A stretch of DNA of 64,000 nucleotides, from IMG/VR virus record IMGVR_UViG_641509473_000001, positions 1 through 64,000 of that record; one strand, 5' to 3'. Source of the stretch: a virus (lineage: Duplodnaviria > Caudoviricetes). Positions 30,704 to 40,802 of this stretch are shown here, one piece after another. Numbering within the stretch: position 1 is the first letter of the stretch; each line of letters starts with the position of its first letter. The position numbers and the translations under genes are program-made. Below the pieces are notes generated by a model. That model was not told the DNA's origin and made no database searches. It saw only the letters and a program-made list of their open reading frames with translations.

Positions 30704-31588
30704 CTAGACCCATGTAGAGTTCACCAGCTCTTCTATAGGGTCTATGCCGTAAGTTTCCGCAATAGCGTACAAAAACTGACGAAGTAGCTCTTCGTTGTGC
30801 GCGAGTTTGCTTATGGCCATGTCAATCAAGATGCGGATATAGTCCGACGTCCAATCCTCTTCGTAGTTCCACACGGCGTACTCTCTAGCCTTACCCAAAA
30901 CTGCATGCCAATCCAAGAAGAGAAGTTTGCTAGCTAGGTTGTCCAAGAACGTTAAGTCTTGACGCTCTTCGTTAGTGTGAGGGTTCTCGTACCCAACAGA
31001 CAGGTTCAAGCAATGCGGAATAAGGTCCTTGAATGCGGCGCTATCGGTGAAGACGCCTTCCGCCGGGGTCAAGCCTAGCAATCCGCCTAGCCAAAGGGCG
31101 AAGTCGTAGGAAGCCGTGGGAACGCCCAACTGGTGGTATACCAAGTCAGACTTTCCCTTCCGGTCTAGCGACACCATGATAAGGGGGTCGTCAAGTACCC
31201 AAGCGCCGCGCCGCATGAAGTGCGCGGCTTGCTTGGCTCCTACCAGGCCCACTTCTTCACCTACGAACAGAGCGTAAGAGGCTTCGGGAAAGTGTTCCTG
31301 CAGGTAGAGAATGAGGCTAATCCCGGCCTTGTCGTCCGCGCCGATAGGGTTCCAGCCTTTTCCAGAGACGATATTTTCGTCCAAAGCGTAGTACACCGGG
31401 CCAGCTTGCCCAACGGTGTCCAGATGGGCGGTGAACACCAAGGGAAGCTTGCCCGGCTTAATGTAGTTTCCGGCTCCGTCTTCAACAAAGCCTAGCTCGG
31501 AAAGCATGGAGCCGTAGACCACTTTCTCGTGTCCGTGAGGTACAAGGCCGAGGTCTACCAGTTCAAGAAAATATTCTGAAGGCTTCAC
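30704..31588 (-). CDS. M20/M28 family zinc peptidase
   Basis: TAHLDTV, GADDKAG, GEEVG, LDRKG, FTDS, YENPHT; GTG start 31588 after GGAGGAG. Confidence 0.87.
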   Translation of the reverse strand: MKPSEYFLELVDLGLVPHGHEKVVYGSMLSELGFVEDGAGNYIKPGKLPLVFTAHLDTVGQAGPVYYALDENIVSGKGWNPIGADDKAGISLILYLQEHFPEASYALFVGEEVGLVGAKQAAHFMRRGAWVLDDPLIMVSLDRKGKSDLVYHQLGVPTASYDFALWLGGLLGLTPAEGVFTDSAAFKDLIPHCLNLSVGYENPHTNEERQDLTFLDNLASKLLFLDWHAVLGKAREYAVWNYEEDWTSDYIRILIDMAISKLAHNEELLRQFLYAIAETYGIDPIEELVNSTWV

Positions 31589-32296
31589 GTCTCCTCCACC
31601 AACACCACCTTGGGCGGGGTAAGCTTGCGCCTTTCGGCGTAGCTCACCAGGTTGTAAAGCATGGTGGCAAACTCTCCTCGCCAGCCGTAGCTCTCTATCG
31701 TCTTGCGGTCCTCGGCCAGTATGGCCTCCCAAAGCTTCTTAGGCACGAGGAAGCCCTGACGGAAAGCCCGCCAACGGAAGTTGTTGACGGACTTCTCCGT
31801 CTTGTTGAGCTTCCGGGCGAGCTCTTTGGCGGGAACTGCCCGGTTGTAAAGCACTTCCACCGCCTCTTCCAAGGTGTAGGTGCTCCAGGCGGGCCGAGAA
31901 GCGGAGAGCTTGGGCGTAGATGTGGCCTCCAGGTAGACCTGAGAGCGGGGAATCCCCGCGCGCTCAATGGCCTCAAGCACGGGTTCCAGGCGTACGCCGA
32001 GGCTTTTAGCCGCGCGGCTTAGCTTGCTAGCTTCCAGAATGCCGTCCACGTACAACTTAGCAAGAACGCTTTCCATCATACGCACCTCACTTCAAGGAGC
32101 GGTAGAGCTCCCTAAGCTTCCGTTCAAGCTCCTCCGCCTTAGTACGAACTTCAAAAGACGCGTAAGGCGAAAGGTACACCTTAAAGCGCCTAGAGCGGTG
32201 CACATAGCCCCAAGTCATGATTTCGTTCCATATGCTAGGGCGAGCGTTGACAAGGTAGTCGTAAAGCTTGGCCGGGATGGCAATGTTCATGTTCAC
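31585..32296 (-). CDS. HTH-type DNA-binding protein (31585..32085) and small hypothetical (32087..32296)
   Basis: PAKELARKLNKTEKSV HTH-like segment. Confidence 0.55.
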
Positions 32297-32301
32297 CTCC
32301 T

Positions 32302-32335
32302 AAAAGCAAAAACTCCTTGCGCGGGTGCAAGGAGT
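32302..32335 (-). terminator. Intrinsic terminator at the early/middle boundary
   Basis: Minus strand ACTCCTTGC-loop-GCAAGGAGT-TTTTGCTTTT. Confidence 0.7.
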
Positions 32336-32433
32336 ACGGTTTTCCCGGTACTCACTTCTAGGGTACGGTGCCTGTCAAGAGGGGGCGGTAAAAAAGAGGG
32401 GCTAACCCTAACGCGGGCTAGCCCAAAGAATGG

Positions 32434-33072
32434 TTACCTATAGATGTGGCGCTCGGCAAGGCGCATGAACTCTAGAACAACGGGATGCTTGGGCGGGTTG
32501 ACGTAGGCCACCCCATTCCAATGGGAGAACTTGGGGTAAATGACCGCGTGAACTGTCTCAACGAGGCCATTCCCATCCCAAAGCTGAAGGTAAACGCCAA
32601 ACTCCGCAAGGTTAGGCGTTCCGGCGTGAGCTACCAAGCGATGTCCATCATCAAGCTGGGCCTCAAGGGTAACACCATCAGGCCCATGTCGCTTGATTGT
32701 AGCCCCAAGGCCCATAAGCCACCGAACGAGGGCCGCTTCCATGCACCTACCTTTAGCAAAATCGCTAAGCAGGTATATCAACTCCCAAGGAAGCGGAGCG
32801 CAACCACGACGAGCGGGAATGTACTCAATCTCGCCATCCGGTTGGACGATGCATGCCTCCTCGTCTTCTAGCTCCGGTATTTCCACAAACACGCCGAACC
32901 CGCCATTAGGGTACGCGTAAACGAAAGTGTTATCGAACCGCACCCAGTAGTGGGGAGCCTCCGGGTCATCCTCATACCGGGCTTCTAGAGCATGAGAAGC
33001 AAGATTGGCCTGGAGCAGAAGGTAGTGGATGACCTTTGCAACGGCTTCTATGGCTTGCGCGCTCTTTACCAT
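32434..33072 (-). CDS. Early hypothetical protein (leaderless)
   Basis: TTATTCTTTC directly before the ATG. Confidence 0.7.
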   Translation of the reverse strand: MVKSAQAIEAVAKVIHYLLLQANLASHALEARYEDDPEAPHYWVRFDNTFVYAYPNGGFGVFVEIPELEDEEACIVQPDGEIEYIPARRGCAPLPWELIYLLSDFAKGRCMEAALVRWLMGLGATIKRHGPDGVTLEAQLDDGHRLVAHAGTPNLAEFGVYLQLWDGNGLVETVHAVIYPKFSHWNGVAYVNPPKHPVVLEFMRLAERHIYR

Positions 33073-33103
33073 GAAAGAATAAAAAGGCTAAACCTAGTTT
33101 AGG

Positions 33104-33442
33104 CTAGCCCTTGTACTCAATGATAACTTCGTACCCGCGTTGGAGCGCCGCGCTCGCCAATAGCTCGGCAATCTCCTCCGCGTGGCAACGGAGGGGAGCG
33201 CACCAGCAGGTAAGCTCCAACTCTCCTCGCTCAATAAGAAGCCTATAGAGCCGATTGAGCTCGGCCCTAATAGCCTTGTTTGTCTTGAGCTCCTCATTGA
33301 GCCAATCGCGGTAGAGCTCGCACACACGGTCTCGGTCTGCCTCCGACTTGAGGCGGAAAGGGTTCCCTAGCACCGAAGGGCGGCCTACATATATTCCCTT
33401 GCCACCCCTACGCTTGTTGGTGATGTATATCTTGAGAGGCAT
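33104..33442 (-). CDS. DUF4326-family protein
   Basis: YVGRPSVLGNPF ... LTCWCAPLRCHAE. Confidence 0.85.
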   Translation of the reverse strand: MPLKIYITNKRRGGKGIYVGRPSVLGNPFRLKSEADRDRVCELYRDWLNEELKTNKAIRAELNRLYRLLIERGELELTCWCAPLRCHAEEIAELLASAALQRGYEVIIEYKG

Positions 33443-33485
33443 ACCAAAATAATAAAGGCTACCCCTCTTGGGGTAGCCTTAAGGA

Positions 33486-34282
33486 CTAGCAATCAAAGCC
33501 CTGGAAGGGGGGCTTAAAGTAGAAGTTCTCGCCTTCCCAAAGGGCCTTGATTGCTAGTAACAACTCCCACCCACAGTCATCAAAGCCGAAGGTGTCCTCC
33601 TCCCCGGTGGCGGCATCCTTAACCAGGATGGTACCGGGGTAGGTCTCATAGAGGACGACAAAATCGAGGCGGGAGTTGGTGTAGAGCTTGAGCTCCGCCC
33701 GCTTATAACCCATCATGGGATAAGCGGTACTACGCTCAACAAGCACCGCCTCCCGTTCCCCCGACTTAGGGAGTGGGAGCTTCTTGCCTTCCTTAGCCAT
33801 ATACACAAGAGCCTGGAGGGTTAGCTCGTTAGTTTCTCCCATAACAAAAGAATAATATGGCTAGAAGCCTCTCCCTTAGAAAGGGATAGCTCCTAGCCAG
33901 CGGCATACTCTAGCGGTAGTTACAAGGTAGCAATCTCTTCAACCCAATCCTTGGCTTGAGAATCCCACTTTACGAACCAGACACTGAGGGTGCTAGGATT
34001 TGCGACTACGCGCGTAAGCTTACTATCAACGACGACGACGTCATCTTGGCGGAACACAAACGGCTTAATGTAAAGACCCTGAGAGGTGATAAACCTAATA
34101 GCCCACTCAATGCCTTGAGCAAGGATGTCTGCAAGCTTATTAGGCTTGAAGGTCTCAGAAGCGTCCGCAAGGATATTAACAAGCGCATCGCGATAGGAAG
34201 AAGAGAGTACGATAGGCGTGTCAAGACGCTCCATTGCGGTAGCCACCCTATTCACAAAGATTTCCACTTGCTTGATTCCCAT
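33486..34282 (-). CDS. Two hypothetical proteins (33486..33842, 33920..34282)
   Basis: The first has the early motif; the second has a GAGGAGG RBS. Confidence 0.6.
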
Positions 34283-34353
34283 GCATCCCTCCTCGCCCCT
34301 TTTATAAACCCCGCGTGGAGCTAGGGGCAAGGCCCCACGCGGGGTCAATGGGC

Positions 34354-35208
34354 TTAGGCCGAGGTCTGGATTTGGGAGAAGGTCTTCACCTTCTCCCAGA
34401 GATTGTTAGGGATGAGGCCCGCCTCGGAACGGAGACCAGGAGGCTCAATGCCGAAGCTCTTCGCAACGGTAGGAATGGCGGCCCGCACGGTCGCGGTAAC
34501 CGCCCCAGGCGTGTACGCCTGAGCAGTAGAAACGAGCTCGGCACCCTCAAGAAGTGCCTTAGTCTCCTCCCTCCAGCTAGGCGTAAGGCCGGGGTCGAGA
34601 ACGACAACATGCTTACCCGCGGCCCTAGCGGCCTGGATGAAGGGAAGGTTGGAGACCCGCGCGAGGGTTACGAGAACGCTTTGCGGCATGGAGCGCACGA
34701 AGGCTTCCGCAACCTCCATCTTGACGCGAAGGCGAGGATTGACCGTGATAAACACGGAATCCTCACGAGGCCAAGTGGGTTGCAGTTCAAGCCGGTTGCG
34801 GAACGCTTCTACGGCGTTATACCGCGCGATGATGTTCTCGCCGTCCTGGAGAGCCTCGGCGAACCTACGGCTCTCTTCGTCCCACCAGTAAACGACAACA
34901 GGACGAAGACCGTTGAAGACAGCGTCGGCCACCGCCCTATCCACCGCGCTAAAGTCCACCGCCTGAGTGTCCAGGTCAACCGCGGGCACGAAGATAGCAC
35001 GAAGGCCGTCCTGGTCAAGAACGGCGGGGCCGGTGGTCTGCCCAAGCAGGCGCTCAAGGTCAATACCTTTAGCAAGGGCCTTCTGGCGGTAGACCGCCGC
35101 GAGGCCCTTGCTAAGGATGGCATTGCCGTTAAGGCGCTTCTGCTTGGGGTAGACCACAACCTCAAACGCATCCGTAGCCTGATTCCTCTTGACTTCAAGC
35201 TTCTCCAT
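34354..35208 (-). CDS. Early protein adjacent to the nvRNAP; probable RNAP-associated subunit (gp62-like)
   Basis: 284-aa ORF with AGGAGG RBS and its own early motif; assignment rests on synteny and memory. Confidence 0.5.
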   Translation of the reverse strand: MEKLEVKRNQATDAFEVVVYPKQKRLNGNAILSKGLAAVYRQKALAKGIDLERLLGQTTGPAVLDQDGLRAIFVPAVDLDTQAVDFSAVDRAVADAVFNGLRPVVVYWWDEESRRFAEALQDGENIIARYNAVEAFRNRLELQPTWPREDSVFITVNPRLRVKMEVAEAFVRSMPQSVLVTLARVSNLPFIQAARAAGKHVVVLDPGLTPSWREETKALLEGAELVSTAQAYTPGAVTATVRAAIPTVAKSFGIEPPGLRSEAGLIPNNLWEKVKTFSQIQTSA

Positions 35209-35289
35209 AGTTTCCTCCTTTTCTTATCCCAAAGGTGGAGCAGGCTTACCGCCCACTCCACCTAAGGGAATAAGAATCGCTAAAAGCCC

Positions 35290-37140
35290 CTAGATACTAA
35301 AGAGGTCTGCAAACAAGGTATCTAGGGGGGCGCTATTTGCCGAAGTATTCACGCCGTCTACGGCATTGAGAGCCTCTTCAAGCTCTTCCATAGCGGGACG
35401 ATAGCCCAACTGCTTGAAGACAGCCTCAAGCTCTTCCTTGCTAGCCAAGCGTAGCCACAACTCAGGGTGGTCTGTAGCTTGACTAGCAGGGAGCCCCATC
35501 TGGACGAGGGCGTCATAGACGGCGTGGCGTTTGCCTGATTGAAGCCCTGCCGTGAGGAGGTCCTCCACCTCCTTGGGCCTAGGCTCTGGAGCAGGTAAGG
35601 CGAAGGCCAGCGCGGCGAGGACTGGACCGGGGCGCCTATGCTCACCGCGGGCTAGTACACGAGATACCTTGGACGCCAAAGGCTTCAGACCATCTTTCAT
35701 GTCAGGATGGCCTACATATCCGTCCAAGGTTTCCCATGCTCTCCACCGGTTGGTAATCTTGGCCGCTGGAGTGTTGCCCTCTGGCGTGAGCTTGCCGCCC
35801 GGTACCGCTAACCTCCAGAAGTCGGTCATGACCGGGTCTTTGATGGTCTTGAAGTCAAAGTCCGGCCATTGGATGTCCCGCTTCTGGCGGTCCACCGCCA
35901 CCTGAATCATCTCGGTAGCGGCGTGTAGATAGTCTTGAGACACCTCTTCACCATTAGCCCAAGCGGCATCAAGAAGGCGACGGGTATTCACCTCTACCCG
36001 GCCCAAGATATGAGCCGCGTGGACTTGACCTGCCCACCTGTGAAGACCAGATTCGTAGTCCTTGGTGGGTAGGTCTTTACGATGTAACGCCTCGCCGTGG
36101 AAGGGCATATAAAGTCCGCCCATCTCCGGCGTGGGGAACACGTACCCAATATCGCCATCGTAATCCGCCCCGGTTGGAGCGATGTCGTGCTCGTGGGCGA
36201 TTACGGAGTCGGCGATGGGCGATAGCCCCACATAGGTGAGCTCAACCGCCGACTGGCCCGTAGGCAAATCGGGACGGCGGTTGAAGATGACACGCTCACC
36301 CGGCTTCCAACGGCGGGTGTAGGCCAACACGCCTCCGTCCTCAAGGCCGTGCAAGCCTAGGAACGGGAGAATCTTTGGAGAGAGCAAGATACCGCCAAAG
36401 CCGGTGTTTGGTCCCTTGAGCTTCAGGTACTGAGCAATAGGGTACAGAAGCTCAAGAGGCGCACCGGCCTCTACTAGTCGCGACTTCTCAGGAGGAAAGG
36501 CAAAGTCTAAGTCTAGATGCTTCCACCATCCAGGTATGCCTTGGTAGTAAAGGCCCTGGACGGTGTATTCCGCCGTGAACTGGGTTTGAAGCAAGATGGC
36601 GTGGATTTCTAAGACGTCGCCAAGCTCTTCCACGCCATACCCATCGTCAAAGGCCAATAGCGGCTCCTTGACGTTGGGATGGGTAACGATGACACCCTTC
36701 CAGGCACGGAAGATTTCGTTTCCGCGCCTGGAGAACATGCGAACTTGCGCCCATCCGTTTGGCGACGGTACGATTTCAGGCATGGGTGGGAATATGCCGA
36801 CAATACCATCGCCAAACACCTTCTTACCCTTAACGAGAGTTAGGCTAGAGGTTGGAAGTTCGGTTCTCGCCCTAGAAGGAGCGCGAACAAAATCCGACAC
36901 CCTCCAGCCGGGAAGGTGGAAGTTGGCCCCCGTGCTCCCTGGCCACATAACGACATTGTCCTTGCCAATCAAACCGTGGGGAATGTGGCCAAGAGCTTCT
37001 TCCACCAAATGTGCTAAAGCATCAAAGATGTTTCTATAAGAGCCCTCGGTGGGCTCCGCCGAAGACTGCAACTCTCTAACGCGTTCTTTAGGAAACTCTA
37101 GCAGGTTCCACCCCAACAAGGTTCCGATTCGCGTTCCCAT
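35290..37140 (-). CDS. Non-virion single-chain two-barrel RNA polymerase (gp64-like)
   Basis: GDGIVGI, QVR, WKGVI, FNRRP and Mg-binding GADYDGD (DYDGD at 36151-36165). Confidence 0.9.
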   Translation of the reverse strand: MGTRIGTLLGWNLLEFPKERVRELQSSAEPTEGSYRNIFDALAHLVEEALGHIPHGLIGKDNVVMWPGSTGANFHLPGWRVSDFVRAPSRARTELPTSSLTLVKGKKVFGDGIVGIFPPMPEIVPSPNGWAQVRMFSRRGNEIFRAWKGVIVTHPNVKEPLLAFDDGYGVEELGDVLEIHAILLQTQFTAEYTVQGLYYQGIPGWWKHLDLDFAFPPEKSRLVEAGAPLELLYPIAQYLKLKGPNTGFGGILLSPKILPFLGLHGLEDGGVLAYTRRWKPGERVIFNRRPDLPTGQSAVELTYVGLSPIADSVIAHEHDIAPTGADYDGDIGYVFPTPEMGGLYMPFHGEALHRKDLPTKDYESGLHRWAGQVHAAHILGRVEVNTRRLLDAAWANGEEVSQDYLHAATEMIQVAVDRQKRDIQWPDFDFKTIKDPVMTDFWRLAVPGGKLTPEGNTPAAKITNRWRAWETLDGYVGHPDMKDGLKPLASKVSRVLARGEHRRPGPVLAALAFALPAPEPRPKEVEDLLTAGLQSGKRHAVYDALVQMGLPASQATDHPELWLRLASKEELEAVFKQLGYRPAMEELEEALNAVDGVNTSANSAPLDTLFADLFSI

Positions 37141-37217
37141 GCTCACCTCCCAAAGGGAATAAAGGGAGGAAAAAGAAAAGGCTTGAGCCCGAAGCTCGAG
37201 CCCAAGCCCTTAGACAC

Positions 37218-37499
37218 TTACCAAATCTCCCAGTAGATGGAGCGCTTGATGTCAGGCGAGATTCTCTCCCACCTATCGTCGCCGTTAAGAATCAGGTGCT
37301 CCATCTGGCGCTCGAGGCTCCTTCTTTTCTTGGCCTGAATCTTTTTGAACCAGGACAACCCTCGCTTAGAAAGGGTCTTCTGGTTCCTGTAGTAACACCT
37401 GACCAACGTAGCCAGGTCTACCTTGATTGGGTAAACCTTGGCCACTTGGCGCTTCTTGGCTTTACGGTAGACAACCTCTTTATTCTTCCTCCTCCTCAT
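37218..37499 (-). CDS. Highly basic early protein
   Basis: MRRRKNKEVVYRKAKKR...; AGGAGG RBS before ATG 37499. Confidence 0.65.
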   Translation of the reverse strand: MRRRKNKEVVYRKAKKRQVAKVYPIKVDLATLVRCYYRNQKTLSKRGLSWFKKIQAKKRRSLERQMEHLILNGDDRWERISPDIKRSIYWEIW

Positions 37500-37590
37500 C
37501 CTGCCTCCTTGAAAAGAAAGCTCCAAGAGCAATGATGACGACGGTATAGACCATAAGCCAAGCAGGCACAGGCGGTATCTGGTGCTCCAT
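37480..37590 (-). CDS. 36-aa single-TM early peptide (not in ORF track)
   Basis: CTATACCTTT-ATG; MEHQIPPVPAWLMVYTVVIIALGAFFSRRQDEEEEE. Confidence 0.6.
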   Translation of the reverse strand: MEHQIPPVPAWLMVYTVVIIALGAFFSRRQDEEEEE

Positions 37591-37642
37591 AAAGGTATAG
37601 GCAAAAAGAGAGGGCTAAGCGCCCTCTGTTCTGCCTAAAGAA

Positions 37643-37852
37643 TCACAAGCACGAGGACACTACTTCCCAGACGTCCTCATGCATGTCTTCAATGTCTTCG
37701 CTAGGGATGTCTCCATATGCGTTGATAGCGAACTGCTCCTCCTCACCATCGGGTAGGATGACGGTAACAAAGGTGTCCCCGAAGACCTCAACAAAGTGGA
37801 CCTTGACATTCTCCTCGCCGAAGACCTCTTTGAGCCTCCTGACTATGTCCAT
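37643..37852 (-). CDS. Acidic early protein
   Basis: 18 D/E versus 4 K/R in 69 aa; early motif. Confidence 0.7.
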   Translation of the reverse strand: MDIVRRLKEVFGEENVKVHFVEVFGDTFVTVILPDGEEEQFAINAYGDIPSEDIEDMHEDVWEVVSSCL

Positions 37853-37912
37853 AAAAGAATAAAAGGCTAACTAGGACAGAGCCCTAGCTAGCCTACCCGC
37901 TCAAGTACCCGC

Positions 37913-38116
37913 TCAAGCCTCTACGTCGGCCTCAAGTTTGCGGGCGTTGAGCTTGCTCTTAAGCCGATAGTAAGTGGAGCGGAGCCTACGGCCGAGCATA
38001 TAGCCCTTGAAGAAAGCACGAGAACCCTTGATGAAAGGTCGCCTAGTAAAGAGCCCACGCTTAAAGCCTTTGGCCGCATCCTGGATAGCCTTCAAAAAGC
38101 TAGCAAGCTTTCCCAT
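37913..38116 (-). CDS. Basic early protein
   Basis: K/R-rich 67 aa; early motif. Confidence 0.65.
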   Translation of the reverse strand: MGKLASFLKAIQDAAKGFKRGLFTRRPFIKGSRAFFKGYMLGRRLRSTYYRLKSKLNARKLEADVEA

Positions 38117-38341
38117 AAAAGAATAATAAAAGGCTTGTCAAGAGCTAGCAAATCTAGCAAGCCACAAAAGTTCCAAGGTATGCTCGAGGCTAATAACGGC
38201 CAGAATCATGCTATTTGCTTTGCACTAGCGCTAGGTGTTGCTCTGCTCTAGCGCTTGTGGCTCAAACACTAGCTAGTGCGTTAGTGTTCAACGCTCGCTT
38301 CGCTCTAGCTTCCCTACCCAGCCCCGCTTCTCCGCCATTAT

Positions 38342-38350
38342 TATTATAGC
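38342..38350 (-). promoter_or_regulatory. Extended -10 host promoter TGCTATAAT, leftward
   Basis: Minus strand GTGTGCTATAATAAT. Confidence 0.5.
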
Positions 38351-38554
38351 ACACTTGTCAAGTCTCTAGAGTGTAGTTAGCTAAACGAGTTCCAGGTTAT
38401 GCTCGAGGCTCTCAAGCAAATAGCGCTACTGGAGCTAGGATAGAGCTAGGAGCTAGGAGTGGGGAGCTAAGAGCTAGGGCTAGGGTAGAGGCTAGAAGCT
38501 AGGAAATGGGGGTGGTTTCCCCGCACCGCGCCCGTGGCCGGTGCGCTAGGGCAC

Positions 38555-38676
38555 GAGGAGAGAGAAGGAGAGGAAGGGACTATAGGGAAGGAGAGGAAGA
38601 GAGAGGAGAGAGGAGAGAAGGGAGAAGGAGGATAGGGGTATAAGGGGAAAGGAGGAAGAGGGAAGAGAGGAGAGAG
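38555..38676. repeat. Two tandem homopurine mirror repeats (H-DNA/triplex-forming)
   Basis: 25-nt arms 38555-38579/38584-38608 and 27-nt arms 38606-38632/38650-38676 are perfect mirrors. Confidence 0.92.
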
Positions 38677-38963
38677 CAAAACGGCAATCAGTCAAAGCCC
38701 CTAGACGCATAGCGCTAGTCGCTTAGCCATGCGCCGCTAGCGCCTCCTGCTCCGCCATGCGCTAGTCGCTTCTAGCTCATGCTACCTCATCCCTCTGTTT
38801 AAATGCCCCTATAACGGCCTGTAATGCCCTTATTTGGCCCTGCATGAGGTGCCCTAGTGGTAGACACTACCCCTAGTCCTGCAAGGCCGTATAAGCCGTT
38901 ATAGAGGCTTACAGAGGCTAATGCAAAAAGAGAGGGCTAGGAAGCCCTCTTAGCCAATAGAGC

Positions 38964-40322
38964 CTAAGGATTAAGAAGCCATTCGGGTACTTTGAAGCCC
39001 TTGAACTCTTCTACAATCTTGAGCTCTTTGCCATCGTAAACTACGGTTGCCCTCTCTACTGGTAGATAGTCCGGGTGCTGCTCCAACACATATATCACGC
39101 TTGAAGATGTGATGATTAGCCTCTCATCAAAGGCTTCATCACCTCGCTCTAGCGTGATGGTACTATCATCGTCGTTTATTTCCAGATAAACGGCGTAAAT
39201 GGGGAAGTCCAAGAGGAACCTTGCCATTAGCCTCTGCTGCCATTCGTACCTTATGTACCTTCCCACAGTTCCCATAAAGGAATAAAATGTGCGCGTAGTA
39301 TGAGGCTCAAAAAGGAGAGGCTAGGAAGCCCTCTCCTCTATGCTAGCCCCAGAGGGCACAGTAAAGCCAAGCCGGAACCTTCAAGTTCGGCAATGGCTTA
39401 CCGATGAGCTTGAGGTCTTCACCATCAAAGTACCACGCGCATTGAAAATCAGGGTGGGTAACCATGATGGTACCGTCGTCATAGAGGAAGAGCGTAGTGC
39501 GGTCTTTAGACCGCATTTCCACCACGCCATCTTGCGCCCATACGTCTTTCACGTCGGGGAAGTAGGTAGCCACCCGCTTTTGGACTCTTGTCAGTTCCAT
39601 AAAGGTATAATAAGCGCTAGCAGTTCTGTGCATGGCGTACGGCTCACTAAAAAAAGGGGCTAACGCCCCCTCCAACGCTACTCGCTCTCTTCGGATGGAC
39701 CGGTAAATATTTCGGTTAGCCAAGGCGGATTTGGAAAGACCATATCGCGTCCGTTCCACACACGCTCACCATCGTAGTACGCCATGTGAATGGTGTAGCG
39801 CGTGCGCGAGTAGAAGTAGAAGCGGTCCTCCGAGTAGCACACCAACTCTCGGTATATCCCTTCGTCTTCCGATATAAAGACGAGAGCATCCTGCTCCACC
39901 TTGAGCCTAACATTCCCGTATAGGGCCAAGAACCTAGAAGCCGCTTTCTGTTGAAACTCTCCTAGCTTGTTCATGAAGGAATAAGTTCTAGAAGTGCGCG
40001 TAGTATGGAACCCCAAAAAGAGAGGGCTAGCGCCCTCTCCTGCTACCTACAAGACCTCAAGCATCCAGTTGGGGATGGCCACGTCAAAGTTGCCGCGCGT
40101 GATGAAGGTCTCGCCGTCAAAGAAGATGGAGTTCCTACCCACTCCGTCCACAGTGAGGGTATAGAGGAAAGAGCCGCCACGATAGATGACGAGCTCTTCC
40201 CTACCGGCGGCGTGATGGCGAGTAGCCACAATACGCTCGCCATCGGCAAAGAGGTCTACCGCCTTGTCGGAGGCCATCATGAAACCAGCTAGAAGCCGTT
40301 TCTGCCACGCTTGCAGTACCAT
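38964..40322 (-). CDS. Four paralogous early proteins (38964..39275, 39343..39600, 39678..39974, 40047..40322)
   Basis: Shared N-terminal Q(Q/K)(R/K) helix and C-terminal (Y/F)DG...PxW; starts reassigned to the motif-fused ATGs. Confidence 0.75.
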
Positions 40323-40398
40323 AAAGGAATAAGCAGTTCCTACCGTGCGCGCTGTACGTAGGTCCAAAAAGAGAGGGCTAGCGCCCTCTCCCCCACGC

Positions 40399-40725
40399 CT
40401 AAGCCCGCCTCCAGTATGGGGCAGGCTCGGCGTGGACTTTGGGCCACCCCGTTCCCACCTCCATCAGGACCCGCTTCAACTTCTTACGGGACAGGCCCTC
40501 CACCTGGAGGACCACCGCCGGGCCGAGCGGGTACTCGACCCAGCCATCCCTAAACTCCCCGTCGCGGAGGTCATAAACGACCTCGCGTTGGACGTGGAGC
40601 CGCGAACGTAGGCGGCCCCACACCTTCACGCATGTAGCCCCCGCGGCAACGAGGGCCTCCGCCAGCTCCCTAGCCGGGGTGGTGTCCCGGCGCGCTCCAA
40701 GCCGCACCACAACGAGCTTGGCCAT
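40399..40725 (-). CDS. Early hypothetical protein
   Basis: CTATTCTTTT-ATG. Confidence 0.65.
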   Translation of the reverse strand: MAKLVVVRLGARRDTTPARELAEALVAAGATCVKVWGRLRSRLHVQREVVYDLRDGEFRDGWVEYPLGPAVVLQVEGLSRKKLKRVLMEVGTGWPKVHAEPAPYWRRA

Positions 40726-40802
40726 AAAAGAATAGTTCTTTTGTGCTCGCCGTACGGCTCACTAAAAAAGGAGGGGCTAGAACGCCCCCTCCCTCTACCG
40801 CC

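Noticed and set aside
34315-35265. 316-aa plus-strand ORF
   Set aside because: Shadow of 34354..35208, which has an RBS and an early motif
38467-38679. 70-aa Pro/Ser/Leu ORF
   Set aside because: Translation artefact of the pyrimidine strand of the mirror repeat
39343-40367. ORF-track starts at 39759, 40016 and 40367
   Set aside because: They read through terminators or spacers; the motif-fused ATGs at 39600, 39974 and 40322 fit better
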